The position numbers were made by a program, and so were the translations under genes. From Trypanosoma brucei (lineage: Eukaryota), in assembly GCA_000002445.1 (NCBI GenBank), contig CH464491.1, forward strand, positions 2,176,001 to 2,240,000: DNA of 64,000 bases. Reading direction: 5' to 3'. Shown piece by piece: positions 10,333 to 19,755 of the stretch. How positions within the stretch are numbered: the stretch's first letter is position 1; each line of letters opens with the position of its first letter. The notes below the pieces were generated by a model. It was not told where the DNA came from, made no database searches, and saw nothing but the letters and a program-made list of their open reading frames with translations.

Positions 10333-11289
10333 TCAGTTTTCCGATATTTGTTCAATGTGCCGAACAAGCTGTCCATACCCTCCACCGTACATAGCAGTCA
10401 GTGGTTGAGAAAAAGTTAGTGGACAAAAAATACCTGAGGCAACTGTAGTGTAAAAGTTGCTAGCAGTCCCCTCTCGCGTTTCACTGGAAAAGATTTTTTC
10501 CAGAAAATCACGTCTTCTCGCTGCTAAAAACGAAGAGTTCACAACTGTTGTTACGTTTTCTGAGGTGACATCATGCAAACCGATAGTTTCCATCAAAGAA
10601 AACTGTATGAAGTCTGTGTTAACCTTTGCCTCAATGGATGAATGCGCTGCCATTACTCTTTTAGCAGGTTCAACAGAAATGGGGTGCTCCATTTGCTCCT
10701 TCAAATCTGAGGTCTGATGTGAGGCTGGCAAAACACCAAAGTGCCCACCAGCCTTAATATAATCCACAAAGGGTGCCGCACCATCCTCAAGGAAAGATAT
10801 CAGCTGCGAGACGTAAAACCGCCTTTTAGATGATGTGGCCCCTCTCTCCCCTATTGATAGGTTCTCCACTTTGCAGTTCTCCAAAATGAATCTCCTAAGC
10901 CTCCGGCAGAAGCCACTCCGCCACCGCATTCGGATCAAGTAACCTCCTACCACAGCTTTAAACTTTTCAAAAAAAATACCCACATCTTCTTCCGTTAGAA
11001 TTTCTTCGACATCATTTCCCGAGGAACCAAAACCACTGTGGAGATCGCAGCCATCGCATTTAGGCAAACTGCTCCGATGTTGTGCCCCATTGCACCCGGT
11101 CGCCGTTACTGAGACTTCGTTGCTGAAATCAACATCTTCTGAGAAGTCAGCATCGCGACACAAGGTTAACGACTCGCTTCGAATGACGCGATCCATGTCC
11201 CTCTCCCTCACCTCTGTAACGCCATCAGCCGAAGATTTTGCATCACAGGCGTGAAATCCAATCTGTTTATAAAACAATCCAGCAAGCAT
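10333..11289 (-). CDS. Hypothetical protein (318 aa); first gene of the minus-strand unit next to the strand-switch region
   Basis: Long ORF with a verified ATG at 11289. No domain recognised. Confidence 0.55.
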   Translation of the reverse strand: MLAGLFYKQIGFHACDAKSSADGVTEVRERDMDRVIRSESLTLCRDADFSEDVDFSNEVSVTATGCNGAQHRSSLPKCDGCDLHSGFGSSGNDVEEILTEEDVGIFFEKFKAVVGGYLIRMRWRSGFCRRLRRFILENCKVENLSIGERGATSSKRRFYVSQLISFLEDGAAPFVDYIKAGGHFGVLPASHQTSDLKEQMEHPISVEPAKRVMAAHSSIEAKVNTDFIQFSLMETIGLHDVTSENVTTVVNSSFLAARRRDFLEKIFSSETREGTASNFYTTVASGIFCPLTFSQPLTAMYGGGYGQLVRHIEQISEN

Positions 11290-11579
11290 ACCCTGAATAC
11301 GAAGTTATAGCACCGTACCGTGTGCAAACCACTCGCTTAAATATTAATAACTTGGTTGTCTCAAAGGTTAGGAAATACAAGGCAACCAAAAAAGGGATGG
11401 TTATGCAAAGGGGATGGCAAGTTAGTTTGCAACGCGCCAACTTTGACATAGAGGTGAGAACAGATGAATATCACCGCAGGAACATGTGGACACACGCCCA
11501 TCCTTGCCTATGTTGCAGAAATGCCCAGTAACCCGGAAGCTCGAGGGGGCAAAAAACTATCGATTGCACCGCCGAATAT

Positions 11580-12300
11580 ATAATCCGTATCGCATCTATA
11601 CCACTTCCGCAAGACAAAGGGCCACCTTCACCACAAACCTTTTAAAAAAATATACACCGTCGTCCAACCAACACAAGACAAAAGCGCCACACACCTCCCA
11701 AGCTCCGGCGTTGGTACTCAATTGCGCAAGTTCGTCGCGAAAACGGAACTGAAAGACCTGCGCTAAACTACAAACACGAACGGGTAATGGAAAAGAACCA
11801 CTGATCGACGTTTCGTGGCGGCTCCGCCTCCTCACCACCCCTCTCTGTTTTTCCTCCTCCATTCAATAGAGGCACTCCACCTCAACAAAATATACGAAAA
11901 AGAAAAAGGTGCAATCAGAGAGTTTGGTTGAAACGTGCTGCTCACGTATCACCCTCCGAAGCGAAAGCATGTCCAGTAGAACTAACATGGACAGGCATTC
12001 ACACATACTCCACTAAAAATAGAAGTCAGAGGGGGCAGTTGCCCACGCACGACGGCCACCACCCACCACAGCAGCGGTAAACAGGGAGACTCTACGAAGG
12101 GCAAATACAGTGCCACATCACCGCCCCCATGGGTGTTCCCCCCGCCCCTGACGAGACGGAAACATCATTTCTGTGACGCCGCCAACCGGCTCGCATAGAA
12201 AGGAACAGAGGAACAAGGCCCTCCTTCGAGCATTGGCACAGCGGTGACACCTGACATCAGACAACCAGAGCAACCAGGTGCGGCAACAGTCGAGCACCAC
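11580..12300 (-). promoter_or_regulatory. AC-rich tract on the plus strand, i.e. GT-rich on the minus strand, at the left edge of the strand-switch region
   Basis: The plus strand reads ccaccttcaccacaaacc...caaccaacacaagacaaaagcgccacacacctccc and ccaccacccaccacagcagcgg...caccgcccccatggg. Read on the minus strand this is GT-rich, oriented toward the minus-strand unit. Confidence 0.35.
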
Positions 12301-14684
12301 AGGAAGGTGCCTACTTTAAGCACTGCCTAATGCCAGCGAAAGTGCACACTTTTATGCTCTGTTGACGGGGTTATCTTGCCCCTCAGCGGGGATACCAAGC
12401 AGAACCCAGTTCCCGCTCCCATCATCGGAGCTTAACGAAACGGAGGGACACCTCTCAGGCGGAAACGTGTGATCCTCCCGGCAATGCTCTGCGAGGGCGC
12501 GCTGGACCTTTCCGTCACGCAGGAGGTGATCGCAAAGATTATGGGAACCGCGCCATTCACCTCCTATGGTTGCAAACACACGGGGCTTGCCCATTTTAGA
12601 GATAAAAGCACCAGGGCGTCAACACACGTTCGTTTTGGAGTGGTGTAGCTACGAGTCTGAGAACAAACACAGATTTGGGAAGCGTCACTGTTGCAATGGT
12701 GCCTGAAAGTAGTGAACAGCATGCTGTGACATATTTCCCTTTCCCCGACAACTCTAACGTGAGCACGGGAAGGTCGGAGTTACTGGGAGAAATAAAGGTC
12801 CACGGCTATTTTGAGCGGATTCGAATTGTCGCCCTGCTGCCGGAACTCGCGCGCCCCAAAGGAAGAGAGTGAGAGAAGCTGATATTAAATTTGGCAACTG
12901 GAGAAGAGTTTAATGGTCACCGGCAGTGAAGACCTAATGTGACACACAACACTGGGAGACAGGCTGTTTCACACAAACGTTACCTATTTCTGGCGTTGTG
13001 AGGTGATCGTTCAGAATGTGGTGCGGAACCGTAACAGCTACCACAGTTGGATCACCTCCAATGTAGCAGTGGGGCGCGATATGAAAAGGATAATGTACTT
13101 CAAAACTCCACAACCTTTTACTTCCTCAGAAAAGGGGGCTGGTTGGCCCAAATTACTGAAAGGAACGCGCAATTAAGCCCCGTAAATAGGGGAAAGGTGG
13201 AGTGGACGGCACTTGAAGACTCCAACGAGGGCATTACATCTGTTGTTCGCCCGTTGACATCAAATACAATCCCTAATAGGGGCGACATGCTGCCACAACA
13301 ATGGGTGCCGGAACAGAGAGTCCGTGAAAGTAAGGCAAATCAACGCAGGAGCCTAGCGAAAAGACTAGCCTTCATTAGGTTGGGAAAAAATGTTTTGAAC
13401 CCTAGCGATGCCGGCCACATCAACGTGGTGTCAGGGTCCAGTACCCCGTATCATCGGGGGAAGCCAAGAGCTAGCAGCGTTCCTCTCATGGGGAACACTG
13501 CTGTGCTCCGGCTACGGCATCATACAGCACAGGGATCAGCAGCGTCTTGCTGGGACACCGTTTTTCATTTGTCGGTCCCTGGGCACGTGGCTAGCGTGCC
13601 ATCAGCAGTATCATCCGCACTAAGATGCTGCTGTCCGGTGATGATGTTTCGAATGATGTATTTTTAGGGTGTCGAGGGGGAATGCTGCCAAATCATCCGT
13701 CACTGAAGGGCGAAACTGGATTTGACCGAGGGTGAGTCCACCGCCTGCTCGTCATCTATCATCGCTCAGGCAAGAAGTGAGTGCACGGTGACGAAAAAAT
13801 GATAGACACAAGTTGTATGTAGATACGTATACGTAGCATTCTACAAAGAATCCAACAATTCCACCAACGAATGTTGCCATCACTGAATACTGTCCGTTTA
13901 AGCCCATTTTCAACGCGGTTACAATAAAGAGTCCCTCGGAGAGGCGTTTGTTGTACTAGAGAAAGGGGGGGATGAAACTTCTAACATAAAGTTAGCCTCC
14001 CTACGTAAAACTGGCAGGGCTTTGATGTCCAAACGGAGATTCCTGTTGTCTCACCGTAGATCCACAATCAGGCGCCTCGTTGAGGTAGAGAAGCTGAGCA
14101 TGCACGCCCACTGGACCAGAATTGAGTCGAGTGGGAAAGGCTACAGCAGCATTCTCCCGCATGTAGCGTAGCAGATGCACTGCCAAACAAATATCATAGG
14201 ATGTCCACAGGTGCGTGCAAGTGCGCCGTTAGGAACATCAACCACATCAAAATGCACAGCAATGCCGGTGTCAAAGTGAGCCCGCATCTAGCCCAGGCAG
14301 CGCCAAGGAAAATACCGATGGGTTTACGAAGCCGAAGCATATTTTATTTGGCAGCACGTTAGCCCAGGGGAAGTGACCTTCCGTTTCCTCAGCCGTGCCA
14401 AGAATTTTCGCCTCGGAGTAAGTCAGTTCCATCTTCTTTCCCGCTCGCCCATTAGGGCTGGTCGTGGCTTTAAGGTGGAAGATGCATCTGTTCTCATTAT
14501 TAAGACTCTGTCTGAGTGGAGGCACGTGGCTCTAGCACTACTAGACACGAAATTGTTTGCACAGCAGTGCGTTCTGTAAGATTCAACAGCCAAGCAGTGA
14601 GTTCCATTTTCCTTCCTTGTGGAAAGAGGGGTTCATTATGGAATGTCCGGCCCATGTCATTGAGACATATTCTTCCGGACGCCT

Positions 14685-14698
14685 GGGGGGGGGGGGGG
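14685..14698. repeat. Poly(G) homopolymer, 14 nt, inside the strand-switch region
   Basis: Counted directly: cctggggggggggggggctcatg. Confidence 0.9.
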
Positions 14699-16559
14699 CT
14701 CATGATTCATTGTTGTCTTCACAATAACTATCCAATCATCAACGCTGAGGAGCATATATTCTTGACGAGTATGACCTAAACGCCGTTTTTTATCGGATGT
14801 AACGTTCCTACAAGACTAAGTGGTTTCGGGCAGAAGTGGACGGCCTACAATCTATAACGAAAGGCAAATGGTATTCCTTGACGAATGCATGGTACTAGGC
14901 AAACTACCAAAACCACTGAAATTACCTCGGTGAGTCCTGTTTTCACGGGTATGCAGTGACTTGGGAAAGATGACCCCCGTCAATGAAAGAGTAAAAGCAA
15001 CCAAAGCGGTTGGGGGGTGGAGAAATATCCACAGCCGTACCGACACACAGTTTTGTGACCATTACTCACTATGAAATGATCGGGGCAGATCATTGGACAG
15101 GAGAATACCGGAGGCCTCTCTCCTGAGACAAAAAATTGGCCGGAACGGAAAATAAGATAAATATCCCCACAAAAAAAAAAAGCAGGCGCAACCACCTTTT
15201 GCTTCAGAAGCGAACGCCCATATCTGACTCTGCTCAATTCCCAGCGGTGTCGAAAGAAAAGCTTCAGCATAGGTACGCCTGATAAGAACGGCCTCAAGAA
15301 TCAGCAGACGAGTTGCGTCTTGCTTAGCGGACTCCTCAGTGCGAGAATCGCACCTCAGGATGGTGGAAAAAAGAATCAATTGCTTTATTACCCCGAAGAT
15401 TTCTGGAGAATCATACTCAGATCTCTCATCACCCCCTCCGCGGGATACTTACCAACTGAAGGGTGACATGGGAGTCAGATTGAGGGAGCACGTGGTGACC
15501 GGTGAGCCGGCGGAAGGCCAAGCAGAATTTGCAACCCTCATATTATTGGTCTCACGGGGGCCACACCTGCTAACTGTGGCAAGTTGTTCCATATGGCGCG
15601 GCGAAACATAACGACCAGCATAGCACTGGCGGCGGTTTTGTGGCTAAATCGAAAAGGGGGTTGATGCTCCTCTTCTGAGCCCCATGCCGTGGCGGCCGGC
15701 TTTCTGGGAGGTACTCCGGCATCAAAGGGGTCCTTTCAGTCAGTGAGGAAGCCGCAGCGCCGTCTTGGATAGCGTTCGTCGCGCGGTCCCAATTGTTCAT
15801 CGGTCCGCAGCCTAGCAGGGCATTTTGGCCAACTCTCCTCCACACCCCTGATTCATTGTCCCGGAGCTTTACCATTCAGAAGTTGAAGGTACGTTTCGTC
15901 CCTACTAAAAGTGCAACCTGGTCCTGCTACGTGGTGGAATCTTGATGCGCTGAAGTGGAAAATGTGGAATCGGAGTGTAATTGCAACGGACCTCCCCCCC
16001 ACATAAATGAGGAAAGAGATAACTTTGTTGGGAGAGGAGGCGGTGCACTTCCTCCTTGAAGTCAAGGAGTTCCACCTTCCTTCTCGCACCAGTACTTTCT
16101 TCGCGTGAACGGTGCGTGCCAACAGAAGCAGTCAGGCTGCTCCTAATGATGCCACCTCTCCGTGTTTGGTGCACCTAAAGAGGGTGAGGAATTCTTTGAC
16201 TTTAGGCTCACCGATCTTGTCGCCACTAACGTTTAGGAGTATTCAAAAGATTGACGATGTGCATTGGGCCCCAAGATTGGCTTGGGGCTAGCGATGTCGC
16301 TTCTATCGCGGGATGTGTTCGACATTGAGGGCGGGCATGTAACCTCACAGTCCCCTCTATTTTAGGGAAGGCTGAGGAAAAAAAATGGGCGTTCTCTTTC
16401 CATAAGAAAAGCAAAGCAACTGCCGCCGTTTGGTGCAACCGAGGTGGACGCGATATGCCCGAGTTGCTTCATGTTTTTTCTGAGGTTAGCACCGCTGCCA
16501 AATGCGGTGCGTCCGCGTCGTTTGCCAAAGGTTCGTTGAGTTTGTGACCTTTTGTAGCG

Positions 16560-17160
16560 GCGTCGTCCCGCCGTTAGCATTGCTTGGATATCCTCTGCCG
16601 GGGAGTGGGTGCCAGAAGACTCACCCAACTGCATTATCCCTGAAAGGCGCCAGGGTGGGAGACGCCGACGCTGGGAACGCTGACACTTGGCTGTCGCGGG
16701 CCATTCCGCGCAATTGGGCGGCTTTCTGTGTAAACCTGCAGGCGCGAGGGGTTGGACTGGTGACGGTGGGCTTGTCGTATGGTTCTCCCAGCGTCGTTGT
16801 TAGACAGGTCCTGGGGTGGGGCTGTGGTGGTAACGAGTTGCGCCTGTATGGCTTTTGTCGCTCCTCAGTGCTTTGCCGGGTGTGGGGAGTGTCTGTCCCC
16901 CTTTCTGCCTTTACGCCGTGTTCCGTGGATGATTCCATTTTTTCGCTTTTGCGCTACCGTATATTTCGTGCGTGCGCGTCACGCTCCACCTGAGGTGCAG
17001 GCTGTGTGTACTGGCTTCGGCTTACCCTTCCCGGGTTTGGGCGTCTCACCTCCGCTTGGGAGTTGGGGGGTACGTCGGCTAGTTTTGGTTTTGCCGGTCC
17101 CACAAACAAGCGAACGGGGACGGCGTGTTTTGGCAGGTTTTCTACTTTTCCGATACTTAT
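16560..17160 (+). promoter_or_regulatory. GT-rich tract upstream of the first plus-strand gene (promoter-like)
   Basis: About 600 bp is dominated by G and T on the plus strand (ggggtggggctgtggtgg...gggtgtggggagtgtctgtcc...ggtttgggcgtctcacctccgcttgggagttggggggtacg). It generates several overlapping compositional ORFs. It lies about 500 bp upstream of the first plus-strand CDS. Confidence 0.4.
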
Positions 17161-17653
17161 AGAAGTGTGCTGCTATCATATCTCCTCCATGTGATGGGAA
17201 AGCATGGGCGAACTACTGGCGATTGTTCAGTTCTACTTGTGACCGGGTGACAGTGGTAACCAAGCATTCATGTCGGAGCGACGGGGTGTCTGGTACTACA
17301 CACCTCCTCAATGTTTTTTCCTTAAAAAAAGAATTGCATTGACCGGTTTGTGTTTCAGTTCTTGCTTCTGTGCCCGGAGGGGTTCAGGCCCATACCCCGA
17401 AGTCGCTGCCGTCTATCGCCTCTGCTGCTAATGTGCGTATTTATCCTTGCGCACGCTACGCAATGCGATGTATTTATTGCAAAGATTTCTAGCACAGCAC
17501 AAAGCGCTTTACTAACGCGTGTGTTTCCCCCTAGGGGTTCTTTATTTTCCCGTCTAATTGTGCCGACCCACGTGTACTGCTGCTAAAAGTTATTTAACAT
17601 GAGCGATATAGTTTTTGTTTTCCATTTTTTTTAAAAATATTTTTGCAGTACTG

Positions 17654-19288
17654 ATGTTCGCTGATAGCCATTTAGGTGGATGTACATCAACAAAAAGAAA
17701 TAGAGGTGATTACGAGACGTTGTGGGGCTCGCAGAGCCGAGCGCAAGTTCGCTTCGTAGAAGAGCTTGTCGAGTCGTACTTCCTTAGACCTTCTAGGATA
17801 GAATCTGAGCAGGCTAAGAGGAAAGGTCTTGGCTCTTGCAATTTGGATGAAGTTTCACCCTCGCTAGCGAAGCAGGTTGGTGCCGTTGTTCATCGCTATC
17901 AGTTGTTGAACAGCAAATACGTACCGTCTTCTTTCGCTCATTCTAATGTTCCTCTGCAGGCCCCGAAACGTCCATTCATAGCTGCCGTATTAGCCATTGT
18001 GGCACGAGCATGTGTGTTTGAGAATAGCGGTGTACACATCTCAGTGACCGCCTTCGATAGATGGTTTGAGGCGAATAGTTGCGGACGATTTTTAATATCA
18101 AAGGTTTGGTTAGACGCGAAGATGTATGTAGCAAGGTGCGTGGCTAGAAGAGACAGGATAGCACTTTTTGGTCAAGAAGTGATAGGATATCAATTTATTC
18201 ATTCTGGAAGGCTGCGCTCTTTAGACGAGAGGATTTTTTGGATGATACATGTTAGCATTGGGTGCGGCGACTTATCGCTGCACGACCATGCTGTGGTCGA
18301 ACATTTTAAGTGGCAAAACATTCCTGAGACAGACTCTTGGTTTAGGATATCAAAAGAATCTCATATATGGAGTATTTGGAGCACGACCGTATTTTCTTTG
18401 GATATTTTTTCCGATACATCGGCGGAAGATAAAACAAAAACTTCAGAGGCACTACTCGGTGAGGGAGTTAAACGCGGTATTCAACTTGTCGCGCTTGTAA
18501 TTGGCTTTCTCCGTTCTGAACGCATTGATAAATGTGATCACTCTTATCGCACTATGCAGGTTCTTTTTTCGGGTACTGCTGGCGAGTTGGCCGCCGTAAG
18601 CGTATTTTTGGGAATGAAGAGAGCCGTCAAAATATACTTTTCAGGCAAACCGTTCAACAAAAAATACATTCTCAAGTCAACGGAGATTATGTCCAGGCTG
18701 TTCCAGCAGCTTGTTTTATATTATACGTTCTTAGTTCCCACTAACCGGCACTATTGTTTATTGGATGCTTGTGAGGCCCTGTGGCAAAACTCCCGCGGCA
18801 GAGGTTTACAGGAAGTTTCCAAGGAATCTGCGGTGTCGGTACGACGCGAAAATTCTTTTAATGTGTTTCAAGAGGATGTGTTCGTTGGTTGCCTAGAGGG
18901 AGCCTGTATTTACCGACCGTTCCGAGATCATACGCTGACCCCACCTATGTCACGTTGTAACTTAAATATAATTGGTTCCTCGAGTGGGTTGGAGTTATTT
19001 TTACGAAGCATTGAATTGCAACGCGGCATAAATAGCGAAAGTACGAGTCAATGTTGTGAAAACGTTTATAAGCGAAATCTGCTGGTTGAGGTATTTAGTA
19101 CACGGACTGTGGACACATCCATTGAAGATATAAATCTGTGCACATCGTGGTGTCTTCTTAACCTTCCACCCGACACAGAAGATGAAACACATTTTGTGAA
19201 TCAGTTTGTTAGAGACACGCCTGATTCTGTGTCGAAGAAGTTGGTTATTGACACTGTAGTTGCATTAACGGAAGAAGATGTAGCTTAG
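17654..19288 (+). CDS. Hypothetical protein (about 544 aa); first gene of the plus-strand unit
   Basis: Long ORF. The track start at 17615 is TTG; the first ATG is at 17654. No domain recognised. Confidence 0.6.
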   Translation: MFADSHLGGCTSTKRNRGDYETLWGSQSRAQVRFVEELVESYFLRPSRIESEQAKRKGLGSCNLDEVSPSLAKQVGAVVHRYQLLNSKYVPSSFAHSNVPLQAPKRPFIAAVLAIVARACVFENSGVHISVTAFDRWFEANSCGRFLISKVWLDAKMYVARCVARRDRIALFGQEVIGYQFIHSGRLRSLDERIFWMIHVSIGCGDLSLHDHAVVEHFKWQNIPETDSWFRISKESHIWSIWSTTVFSLDIFSDTSAEDKTKTSEALLGEGVKRGIQLVALVIGFLRSERIDKCDHSYRTMQVLFSGTAGELAAVSVFLGMKRAVKIYFSGKPFNKKYILKSTEIMSRLFQQLVLYYTFLVPTNRHYCLLDACEALWQNSRGRGLQEVSKESAVSVRRENSFNVFQEDVFVGCLEGACIYRPFRDHTLTPPMSRCNLNIIGSSSGLELFLRSIELQRGINSESTSQCCENVYKRNLLVEVFSTRTVDTSIEDINLCTSWCLLNLPPDTEDETHFVNQFVRDTPDSVSKKLVIDTVVALTEEDVA

Positions 19289-19755
19289 ATAGTTACTCAT
19301 TTGTATTGTTTTGTTCCAGTTTGAGGATGGAAAAACAAGTAGTTTCCCGTGCTCGCGTGATTTCCTATTTTCTTCTATTTATTTATTTTTGGAGGACGGC
19401 TATCTCGGTTTTGTTACATCAGTTGAACTGATGGTCGGCCACTACCCAACAGAGTTGTGTTGTAAGAGTCTGTGGAGCATTTTATTTTTCTTTTTGCTGA
19501 GACACACTGCTGTGCCCATTTTTTTCTTTTTGTGAAAGTGAAAAGGCAGTTACTGATTTTTACGGTGTTATTGGTGCAATGTTTCAGTTTGAGCTGATTT
19601 GGTTTATGGCTTTTGTAGATGTTTGTTACTGATGTATCTGTCAGTCTATCTGTTCAGGACATACACCACCGGAGGAGTGGTTCCCGTGCCTTATGGCATT
19701 CTTCTATTTTTTGTATCTAAAAAAAAAAATAAAAAAATAATGGTTAGTGCCACAG

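Larger units (their letters stand above)
11290..17653. promoter_or_regulatory. Divergent strand-switch region (putative bidirectional RNA pol II transcription initiation zone)
   Basis: Every supported CDS to the left is on the minus strand and every one to the right is on the plus strand. The 6.3 kb between them holds only short, frame-broken ORFs. Strand-asymmetric GT-rich tracts lie at each edge, oriented toward the flanking unit. Confidence 0.6.

Noticed and set aside
12790-12830. tRNA B-box-like string GGATTCGAATTG in the strand-switch region (strand-switch regions often carry tRNA genes)
   Set aside because: The flanking sequence cannot form a T-stem (GCGGA versus TGTCG), and no A-box or acceptor stem is evident within the preceding 60 nt.
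13047-13667. 206-aa ORF in the middle of the strand-switch region
   Set aside because: It starts with TTG in the track and the first ATG is far internal. It has no homology and lies in a gene-free strand-switch region.
16502-17162. ORFs 16502-16993 (+), 16779-17162 (+) and 16621-16938 (-), each 105-163 aa
   Set aside because: They overlap one another in a strongly GT-biased tract. The translations are low-complexity (G/V/C/R-rich) and typical of compositional open frames. Interpreted as a promoter-like GT-rich element instead.
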